64,000 nucleotides of DNA from Orbicella franksi (taxonomy: Eukaryota), in NCBI GenBank assembly GCA_964199315.1, contig OZ116701.1, positions 7,192,001 to 7,256,000 on the forward strand, read 5' to 3'. The position numbers and the translations under genes were made by a program. Below, piece after piece: positions 54,301 through 64,000 of the stretch; position 1 is the stretch's first letter, and every line of letters starts with the position of its first letter. The notes below the pieces were generated by a model that did no database searches, had not been told where the DNA came from, and saw only the letters and a program-made list of their open reading frames with translations.

Positions 54301-55596
54301 CTGTACATCATGGCTTGGAGGTATGTCATCTGACTGTGTGATTTTTTTTAAAAATCCTTGTAGGAAGGTTTCCAAAAGCTGAGTGACTTATAACTGCTGA
54401 GTATGTTCTGTAGCATAAAGGATTGTTACTCTCCCACCCCTACACTATTCCACTATCCCCCCCCCCCCCCAAACGGCACCCTTCTTCATCCAGGGGAAGG
54501 AATCCAAAATGCTCCTACTCTAGGGATGCAGTTGAGAAAAACTAAGCCAGCTCATCAACAAGCTTAAAGTTAGATAACTTTTCTAGCCAGTGTCCCTTGA
54601 GGATTACTATGGGTCTTTGTTTTGTACTGACATTTTGATTTGATTTGATTTTGACCGTAACCCTAAGTGGGTATAGGGCCAGACATTCTCCTTCACCATG
54701 TCACACAGTCACGAGCAGCCACTGTTGTCTCGCTCCATGCGCCAAAACCCAATGCTGTTCTTGTACTGACATTTTAGCCAGTGATAAGTTCTCTTAATTT
54801 TCCACTTGTAAAATTTTGCCAGTTGCCAGCTCTTAGCTACGTCACTGCTAAGATCGTCCTGCTACAAATGCTATTAAAGCTAGGCATTAGTAGAGATGAG
54901 ATTTGGCAGGCAGGCTTAATTAACCATTTACCAAACAGTTTCAAGTGTAATGCCAAAATAATGTTGTAAGATCAGTTAGCTGCTTTCATTACAATACAAA
55001 AATTATATTTCTTAAGAGCAAGCTTGTCAAATGTCATAGGCAGGATTCAAATAGACGACACAGAATATTACCGAGCATTTAAGATAAAGGACGTGACTAA
55101 AATTACACTTTCTTACTTATTAGCAATCTATAGAAATATGACTGCTCATGGTGTAGAATTCATAATTATACTAAAAGATGCTTCTTCCCCCTGTTGAATG
55201 TTTCTATCTTCACTCCCAAGCTTATTGTAGTGTGGTTTTGTAGGTGCAATATTTGGTGCTCTTGAAGTGCTGGCAGACCGCTCTGTAACGAAAGAGAGGT
55301 ACATACAAGATAACAAGATACCAGACTGGGCATCCTGTGAAGTGCAAGCTCTTGATAACATCCCAATATTAGATGCACCACTTGAAAGACCTGTGCTGTC
55401 ACGTCGTCAGACAAGTGGTATTACCAGCACCCTTAGCAGTATAAGCAGCACACTGTCAAGCCGACTTCTTAGTGGAGGCAGTCCACGCTCTTTGGGATCA
55501 AGCTTACTTCAAAGAGCTGGGGCATCCCCTAGTTCAGGTGCTTCTCAGAGTATAAAAGAAACTGACAGAGAAAGTCAAAAGGAAGAAAAGGAATGA
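45391..55596 (+). CDS. ACTR10: Actin-related protein 10 (Arp11, dynactin subunit), ~468 aa, 13 exons
   Basis: Exons 45391-45467, 46569-46641, 47156-47250, 48177-48285, 49274-49381, 50503-50570, 50719-50795, 51385-51420, 51899-52025, 53234-53315, 53434-53510, 54196-54320, 55244-55596 (1407 nt, in frame). Motifs [47 protein letters not shown] and WLGGAIFG. Confidence 0.94.
49382..50502 (+). other. U12-type (minor spliceosome) AT-AC intron, ACTR10 intron 5
   Basis: 5' site ATATCCTTTT (consensus RTATCCTTT); branch site TTACTTGAC at 50472-50480; 3' end CATCAC; splicing joins ...VLP to IYEG... in frame. Confidence 0.92.
50878..51141 (+). mobile_element. tRNA-derived SINE with a 12-bp TSD
   Basis: Same family as 31155; AGTCATGAACCT duplicated at 50866-50877 and 51142-51153; internal deletion relative to the other copies. 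Confidence 0.9.
52229..52907. mobile_element. Foldback non-autonomous DNA transposon, ~315-bp TIRs, TTAA TSD (Kolobok-like)
   Basis: Arms 52229-52547 and 52594-52907 are near-perfect reverse complements; TTAA at 52225-52228 and 52908-52911. The purine-purine 5' end (AG) fits Kolobok better than piggyBac (established terminal rule; family call is inference). Confidence 0.8.
54637..54760 (-). mobile_element. 5'-truncated non-LTR retroelement 3' end with a (TCAAA)n tail and a 15-bp TSD
   Basis: TTGTACTGACATTTT at 54622-54636 and 54761-54775 flanks a 124-bp insert ending in short tandem repeats. Confidence 0.75.
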
Positions 55597-56431
55597 ATCT
55601 GCTTAGACTTGTGTATAAATAATACCACCATATATTATAAAGATACTTGTATGTCTTTATTTCAAGGTTTCTGTTTAAAAAAAGAACTTACAATTATTGT
55701 ACTGAGGCACTGACCCAGGCCTTCGTGCATTGTGTAAAAATACCCCTCCCAGCCCAAGTAGACTTGTCACAAGTCTATAAAACCAACTTAACAGTAGGAA
55801 AGTAAAACTTATGGTTAAGAAAGTCTTTACCCCTGTATAATGAGGACTTTTGCCATCAATTTACAATCAACTGGGTAAATGGATATCAAGTGAAGAAAAT
55901 AGTAAATTTAAAAAGGTTATTTATTAAACTGTCTCTTGGTCTCTAGTGGACTTTTGACTGTTCTTTTAGCTTGTGAAAAAGCAATAAAATATGTTGTGAA
56001 GTGTCAGTGGTTATGATTGTCTGTAGCAATTAGCAAAATTAATGGCAAAGGAATTCAATTGGAGGCATGTAGATGTAGACAACACCTTGACAAGTTCCTG
56101 TATGGCTTTATCCCGGGCTTTCATGATCAATTCAGCCCAAAAGGGATTGACCATGGCAAAATACGGAGGTCTAGGAACTTAGGCAAACTGTACCCAGCTT
56201 ACAAGGTGTTATGATCAGTGGTATTTCATGTGAGTACAGACATATGGCCTCAGGTGTCTTGCGGAGCACGATGAGGAATGAGATGAGACACAATAGGCAT
56301 TGCATCAGTACTTGGTAGCTATGTTAGAAACTTGCATCTTGCTTATCCAAATCCATGGATCACCCAAGGTACCAACCTTTTTTGTGGAATTATAGTACGT
56401 TCAAACTATTTTCCATTGTGTGATTTTTGTG

Positions 56432-59351
56432 TCATCTCAACTCAGTTTCAATCAACATGCTTTCTAAGAGGACGTCATTATCATCATTTAAAAGTGGCTC
56501 ATGGAGCCACAGTGACAGATACACCATCAGTTGATCTCTGTTCTTACAGTAGGTAAATTCTGTTACAAGTCTTTCCTTTAAAGAAAGTTCTTTGGTAAAT
56601 GAATCTAAAAGTCTCTGTGATGCATCACCTGAAAAAAAAAATGCAGGAAACTTCATTACATTTCATCATCAATACCCAATTTGTATTTATGCACTAATTT
56701 TCTTTTGGTAGCTCAAGGGAGGGTGCTTATTGAACTAATGACACTCAATGGGGAATGCGTATTAGAAAGAGGGTGCTTATTTGAAGGAGAGCACTACATG
56801 AAATCATGCCATAACAGTACATATTTACAAATTTAAGTTTTGATTCATTTTTTTTTATTATTCCTGGTTTTGATATACATGTATACAGATTACTGATTAG
56901 ATTGAAATCTTAAACTACCTGGTAGTAGTTTTTATAGGTCAAAAAAACTAATGAACAATAATCACTAAAAAACAAAAAATAAGTTAGAATGGCTATGACT
57001 GAGGAAGGTTAAGACATTGCAAAAATGATAAAATATTTGTAAAAATTGGCAATTTTTATAAGAAATTATGATGCAACATTACTTAGCTCTTATTGACTGA
57101 GCAGGAGGTCTGTATGGGAGAATCTTGACCGAGGTCGTGAGTACAGACCGAACACAGTGAGGTCTGTACACACGACCAAGGTCAAGATTCTCTCATACAG
57201 ACCAACTTAACTGGGTTAATAAGATGTTTATTATATGGCAAAGAAGAAAACTTTAATTCGTTTAATGTAACTGGTGTGCTGACATTTTGCTTGCAAACGG
57301 AAATGAGCTCAACTTAAACCTGCCGAAATTTGCTCGTCCTCTTTACTTTTCTTTTTTTTTTTTTGTCATCGGGCTTTTTGGCACTTCCATAAATGATTGA
57401 GAAGAAAATAGAAGAAAATGGTGAACATTTTGAATTTTAGTTTGCTACTTTTTCAACGCAATATGCTGGTCTAGATGGGAAAATCTAGACCGCGCACAAT
57501 ATCAATTTCAGCCAATCAAATTCGTGAATTCACTGGTTCCCAGTCCTTGTGAGACACAGCCATATAATAAATGTTGTGATATAGCTTGTTTGAAACCAAA
57601 TTGCACTTATTGCATGCATGTTTTGCCCAAAAAATTATATAAACTCAGTGACCCCTGTTAGTGCTTGCCTTGAATGCCCTTCCATATTAGCAGCCATTAT
57701 GTCACTTGACAAAATACACGTACTTACAAAAACGCTCAATAGTCCAGGTATTGAAGATTCGGTTGTCTGATCCATTGTCATTGTTTCTCTGAATAGACTG
57801 TAGTTTTCTTATTGCGTGAAAGTTCTGTACTAAAGCTTCCATTTTTGTATGTAAATCAGCCTAACAGAAAGAGACAGTTTTCAGGGAAAGAATATACCAA
57901 CATACAAAAACACTCTGATTATATCATTTGTCAGTCAAAGCCCTGTGCTTGCACTTTATCAGAAGGCATTTTGCAGATTGGGGACATGTTGGCAGAAGAA
58001 GTGATTCAGGTTTACATTTGGACGGGAAATTAATTGTGTGTCTATGATAAAACTCTCAAACATAACCATAATATTATTATGAAACAAAGCAAGTCCCACA
58101 GTCAATAAACATCACACATCAGAAATTACTGTTATGACAAATGCAAAAGAAGATCTCCCATGTCAATCTAAAAAATTGTGTATCCTTGTTTGAGACCCAA
58201 AACTGAATATTATAACATGATGGGCTTCTGTTTGTGTGGCTGGAAGGGGAACTTTGCACCTGATATTTCATTCTTGTCCCCAGAGGCCACGCTCCTTTTG
58301 GTCAGCACCAAGAATCGTGACCCCTGGGCTGGTCCAACACCAAAAGTCCATGAGTCACAGACTTCCCATCAAATCTGGCAAATCTGATTGGCTGGGAATA
58401 CAAAGCAAATACGCTGTGCATGCTCAGAAAATCGGGTCCAGTCAGAGGTCGCGATTCTTGGTGCTGACGAAAAGGAGTGCAGCCTCTGAGGATAAGAACG
58501 CTGATATTTTTGAGGGATTCATTTAGAGAGGGCTTATTTTTGGGGTTAGGTAAGGCTTATCAGAATTTTTAAGGTAAAGGCAATGGTATGAGTGACATGT
58601 CAGGTTATTGTAAAATGCATTACTCTGTAGGGAGAAGTACTGTGTGACGACCAAAATGAGACTGCAAGCAATACAGCTTGAATGTCTTAAGAAATTTTCT
58701 AATAAAACAAAGGTTAAAAGAAGATTGCTGCCGATACCAAAGAACTGTAAATTCTTGAAAGTTCTTGGGAAGCCTTTGGTATGTCCCCTTGAAGTTTAAA
58801 GGCCAAGTCTTGGTCGTTTGCCAGAGAAAGTGTGGTGCTTTCCTCAACAGCATTGTATCTATTCAATAAAAATGTAATATTAAGCTTATAAGTAAATAAG
58901 CTTAACTAATCAAACTTGTGCTCATATTTACAGCAGTTTTAAACGGTAAAAATATGAACTGAATGGAAATTGCAATTGCCCATTATTATAACTTCTCTGC
59001 AACATTTCGTACCCTTACAGGTCCCCTATGGATCATCAGATTAATATATCTATTCAAAATAAAAATAAATAAAAAGTTTAAATTTTGGAAACAAATTACT
59101 GTTACCTACTCTTTTTGAAGTTGTAAATTAACCAATTTGTTAGCCAACGATGTTCCCAGTTCGTTCAATTTGGACCATTTATTCACGTGCTCATGCCAAG
59201 TAGCGCAACAGTCTCTTAGCCTTTTAGCAACATCCGACAAATTTCTGTTGGGAGATGATTTCGGAGAGGTTGACTGCGAAATTACTTCTTTTCTTGATGG
59301 AGTTTTCTGAGATTTTGGTGACTTGGACTTTTTCGGCGTAGAGGTCGCCAT
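56432..59351 (-). CDS. CINP: Cyclin-dependent kinase 2-interacting protein, ~230 aa, 4 coding exons
   Basis: Exons 59351-59110, 58858-58738, 57860-57728, 56628-56432 (693 nt, in frame). RLRDCCATWHEHVNKWSKLNELG, FNTWT and YLSLWLHEP...LLESMLIETELR match CINP motifs as I know them. Confidence 0.85.
57107..57203. repeat. Palindromic repeat (43-bp arms, 11-nt loop) in CINP intron 3
   Basis: GGTCTGTATGGGAGAATCTTGACC...GTACAGACC / GGTCTGTAC...GGTCAAGATTCTCTCATACAGACC; related decayed copies near 19250-19530 and 28930-29060. Confidence 0.8.
58269..58500. mobile_element. MITE with CATTCTTGTCCCCAGAGG termini and a perfect 9-bp TSD
   Basis: CTGATATTT at 58260-58268 and 58501-58509; long imperfect TIRs. 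Confidence 0.85.
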
Positions 59352-60997
59352 GTTGGATGAGCTTTCCTGAGAAGACTGGGTTTGAAATTAAAAAGGTTGC
59401 TAGGAAACGAAAGACACCAAGAACGATCATAGCAACGAGTATCTTATTTACATAGCAACGCCAATCGGATGTAAAAATAATTCACTAAACATGTAAGAAT
59501 AATGTACTTACGATCAGACCGTCGTGGAAATTCGCTAACAGGTTTGGAAACTACCGAAAGAGAAAACAATCTGTGCTTGGAGGTGGGTATCTGTCACACG
59601 TTTTAACTCGTTTCAAACAAGAAAAGGAAAACTTGCGTCGAATTCTTTTTTTAAAAAAATGGGCTTAGTTTCGTGATTTCTCCCTGGCCTCTCGGATCGC
59701 CAGTGCATGAACAATACAGCGCAACTTAACAAAAGTCGATTTTTCTTTACGTCTATATTCTTAACGATTGTTTTATCGTGTGCTAAATTTTCAGACTCAT
59801 AAAAAGTCTTCGAGTAAACGTGAATACAGCTTACGATTCCGTAAAAGAGAACGCTTTAGAATTAAAAAGACAAATCACAGAAAATGTGTTTCACACGTGC
59901 CGCAAACTGTACTTTTTACTTTGGTTTTATTTACCCGCAAGATCTGAAATGTGTACAGACATTCTAGGTTCAGTAAATTCATGTTGTACCTGTACTGATT
60001 CGACATTTCAGTATTTTAAACTGAGGATTTCATCCACTGCTATCGATTAATCAAGTGCCATTTTGAAGAAGCCCAGCAGATTCACTGTTCCGAAACATTG
60101 CCTGATCACAAATGATTTGAAGCACGTACACTCGGCAAATCATTGTTGTAGTTTACAACAAATGTCGGAAGCCATCCTTGATTACTAAATATTTTATTGA
60201 CACTTTTGGTATTCAAAATACTATCCCTGTGTTCATTGATTTTGTTGAAATTATTCGAGCCTCAAGAAACAAGAAGTGTTTATGAAAACAAACACCGCAG
60301 GGACACTTCAGAATGTCCGTCTTTTTATTTATTGGTGCGGTGTAATTGAGTGATGTGATGTGCGTGTCGACACCCGCTGTCTTTACCTAACAACTGCAAA
60401 TTTTGGAAAATATGACTGGTTTTCAAACAGTACATAAGGTTACTTCTGTTGATGAAAATCTCTAACATGAAAGACTTTATCAAAGGACACAGCAGTCCTA
60501 CAGGTTCACATCATAAGGTAATATTGATCCACCAAAACATGGGAAAAGGACACTTCAAATTCAAAGTACATTTTTGTGACATGTGCCATCTGCTGGGACA
60601 CTGTTCTTCCTTTTGTTGACAGTTTGAATCTACGACTAATTTAAGGGATTTTATCATCTGCAGAGGCTTTACTGATAACTAACAGATTTGTCCAAAAATT
60701 AAATAAATTTGTAGCACCCCATTACTGATAAGAAGTGTAATCATTTTATGATGGCCCTCTCAATCACCAGTGGGGTGTGTACAACTTTCTCCAAAACTAT
60801 TAGCTACATGGGGCCTCTTGTGATCACTCTCACCCTTGAGCTCTCTTCTGTTCTCCTTTGTCTTCAAAGGCAGCCAAGGCAATTTTTGGTGAGGCTGTAT
60901 GATGAAATTGAATGCCATTCAAACGTATCATTGTTCAGGATTCTTACAATATTATTCCTTTAATTCTAATTTTACCATAGATTAAGTGAGAAACTTC

Positions 60998-63597
60998 ATG
61001 GCGCAGATCCTTTATGACAGCTCACCAACGCGGTCACTGCGTCAGTACAACAGCAATGCAGAGATTTCTTCCCATGTCCCTGATACTATGAAGTCAGTCT
61101 CGGCAAATATTTCTCAAGCAAATTACAACATGAACCACAATAGAAGTGCCCCAAAAAAGAAGAAGTTATCTCGTCTGGAGTTACTCAGAAATGATTATAG
61201 CAAGAAACTTCAACTTGAAAGAGAAGAGAAGATCAATAAGTTGCGAGTTGTTCAACAAGAAAATAGTCTAAAACGAGGCAGTAATGGTGGAGGGATGGTA
61301 CGAGAATTCTTTGCAGAGAGAAGAGCAATGGAAGCTACGAGAAAAGGACAGAAAAATCCTGAACTGCTACCCCCGATTGAATCACATTTCAAAAAGGTGA
61401 AGGAGCAAAAACAGGACACATTTTCACAAGGCATAGTTAAAAGTGAACAACTTTCAAAAACACACATGCCGGCTGGGAGAAGAATTAGTCTGAAACAGGA
61501 ACCTCTGTCACCACAAAAACCACTGTCTTCAAAATACTCAACAAGGACTCAGACAAGACACATTGGTGTCAGTGTAAGGAAAAGGACAAAGGGTATCGAT
61601 AAACAAGACCCTCTGCCTCCGGTAAGCAAGCATGGCTCTGATGTCACAAGAAGAAAACCACCAACTCCTAATAAAAGATACGAAACTCATTCCATTTTAG
61701 CACAAGATGATGGTGAAGATTTTGAGACTTCTGGCCCATTCATGCCAGTACCTCCTATTGAGAGTAAACCAAACACAAAACGATCAAAGGCTCCATTACC
61801 ATCCCCAAGTGCTGAAGAATCTGTCAGCGATTATGACGATGCCCTTAGTACCCTTACAGATTATAGCAGTGTACCTCCAAATCTAAGTAAACTGAAAGCA
61901 AAAGCTCTGAGGCAAAGGCAACTAAGCAAGCAAAAATTAATAACTACGAATCAGCAAGATAATGTTGATAATGGTAAACTGACAGACTTCCAAAGATGGC
62001 AGATGGAACAGGACAGAGAGAGAACAGAGCGGCTGGAAAAACACAAACAGAAATCAGAGTTGTCTCTTTCCCAAAGGGAGAACGAAATTCTTAATAAGAT
62101 ACAAGAGGAGCAATTGCGACTTGATAAGTTAAAACAGCAGAGGAAAGAACTGGAAGAACAGGAGAAACAGCAAAAGGAAGAGCATGAAAAATGGTTGGCA
62201 GAAAAACACAGTTTAGAGGAGCATGCCATCTTGCCTCAGCAACATGATCCTGCTGAAGATTCTAAACAGATCAAGAGAACAGTCTCAAAGAAGGTGCCAA
62301 ACCCCACCAAACAACCAGTGAAAAAAGAAACTCCCCCTCCTACTCAGACACTGGAGGACGAACTTGATCAAAGCGAGAATATCCATGACAATGCATACAA
62401 TAATTTCTATGATGAAGCAACCAAGGATGTTAATGAGGTTTTGCTTGATGTCTCCCCCTGCTCTATCTGTGGACGTAATTTTGCTCCAGACAGGCTGGCC
62501 AAGCATGAAAAAGTGTGCGCAAAAACTGCAAACACAAAACGGAAGGTTTTTGACACAAGAAAGCACCGAAGTGTTGGTACTGAACATGAGAAATATGTAG
62601 AGAGTGGAAAATACCTGGAGGAACCCAAGAAAAGGGTAAGTTGCATTTCCATACTACCTGCACCCTTAGATTTTAATAGCTGTTATCAAAACACTATGTG
62701 GAGGTGCAGTGGCCTCACAGTTATAAACACACTCGCCTCCGGATCAAACAGTCTGGGTTGGAGCCTTGGCCAGGGAGATCGTGCTGTGTTCTTGGGCAAT
62801 ACACTTTACTCTCCGAGTTCTTTTCTCCACCCTGGTGTATAAATGTGTACTGGCAAATTTAGTGGTGGAAGGTAACCCTGCAATGGACTAGCATCCCCTC
62901 AAGGAGGCAGTGGGTATTAGAAATATTCCTAGTCACTTCATGCTAATGAAACTGGAGATAAGCCCCGCCCTGATGGGCCACTTGGCTCACATGCAGACTT
63001 AACCTTTACCAGTCAATACACTGCAAATAGATTAACACATCACCTACATCCATCCCCCAAAATGCACACAGGATGAAAATGTTAAGGGTCATAATTTACA
63101 TGAACCACCTCAAAGTTATTAAAGAAGAATCCCAGCACAAGGCAATTGAATTACTCAAATCTCATTATCTATTATGACTCACTATATACCCCCATCCTCC
63201 CCGAAAATTGTTCTGGTAAAAACCTTGGCACAAAAAATTTCTTAATAAACAAAAAATCATCTGTCAGTGTCATAGAATCAATCATCCTTCACACCTGTCC
63301 ATGACTTTTATTCCCGGGTATACCCCTCCAACTGAGACAATGCCAAAATAGAAACTAAGCTTGATTTTATTTTCATTCCAGCCCAAAGCAGACTGGAGAA
63401 CTCAGCATGAAAATTTTGTCAAAGCTATCCGGTACGCAAAGGGAGTGAGCAATGAACCTCCGCCTCCAACAGAAAACCCAGACTATGTCCAATGCCCTCA
63501 TTGCGAGAGGAAATTCAATCCTGCTACAGCTGAAAGACACATACCAAAATGCAAAGACATTAAGGCCAAGCCTGCTCGTTTGAAGAAGAAACGATGA
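60998..63597 (+). CDS. ZC2HC1C: Zinc finger C2HC domain-containing protein 1C-like, ~617 aa
   Basis: Exons 60998-62635 and 63382-63597, in frame. Two C2HC fingers (CSICGRNFAPDRLAKHEKVC; CPHCERKFNPATAERHIPKC), RKVFD and WRTQHENFVKAIR motifs, and a central EQ/K coiled coil. The 1C rather than 1A/1B assignment rests on the long N-terminus and C-terminal fingers. Confidence 0.8.
62698..63010 (+). mobile_element. tRNA-derived SINE in the ZC2HC1C-like intron
   Basis: Same family as 31155 and 50878; imperfect TSD TCAAAACACT/TCAATACACT. Confidence 0.88.
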
Positions 63598-64000
63598 AGA
63601 TTAGACAGTTCGGTTTTTAGCAAGACTATTTTAGAATTTATCAAAGTGTGAGGAGCTCAAGACATATTTTTATTTTAATTCTGTAAACTTTGGTAAGACT
63701 ATTTTAGAATTTTATCCAAGTGTGAGGAACTCATATTTTATGCGGCCCAAGATGAAATTAGTTTTTAAGAGTGGAAATGAAAGAGGAAAGAAAATACACA
63801 TTAAAGAATTGATCACAATGAGACAGATATTGTAAAACACATTTTAATTAATGTTTGAGAGGCAAACAAAACACACTCTTGCCGAACTCTATGTTGTGTT
63901 TTGAACAAACAATGTACATGTACGTCTCGGTCCGAATAAATACTCTTCTAAGTTTCAAACTCTCAGATAATCTGACTTACTCTTTTGTAGTTATAAAATA

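Overview
Eukaryotic, AT-rich, intron-containing DNA, most likely a stony coral or other anthozoan cnidarian. This is inferred from the protein and repeat families; the species cannot be determined from the sequence. The left part (1-20 kb) is gene-poor and repeat-rich. It holds one intronless class A GPCR, a 20-bp satellite, a degenerate ~250-bp tandem array with a palindromic core, MITEs with 9-bp TSDs, SINEs, two well-formed minimal hammerhead ribozymes in Penelope-like terminal-repeat contexts, and a frameshifted PAN/apple-like pseudogene. The right part (20-64 kb) is gene-dense. It has a secreted USOMP5-like/fibrinogen-related gene, then three consecutive head-to-head pairs whose exons could be assembled by hand into continuous reading frames: MLH3(-)/MRPL33(+), RBKS(-)/ACTR10(+) and CINP(-)/ZC2HC1C-like(+). 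Highlights: the hammerhead ribozymes, an AT-AC U12 intron in ACTR10, an MRPL33 start codon apparently split by an intron, and gene neighbourhoods that appear shared with human (MRPL33-RBKS; MLH3-ZC2HC1C). No database searches were run, so gene names rest on recognised motifs.
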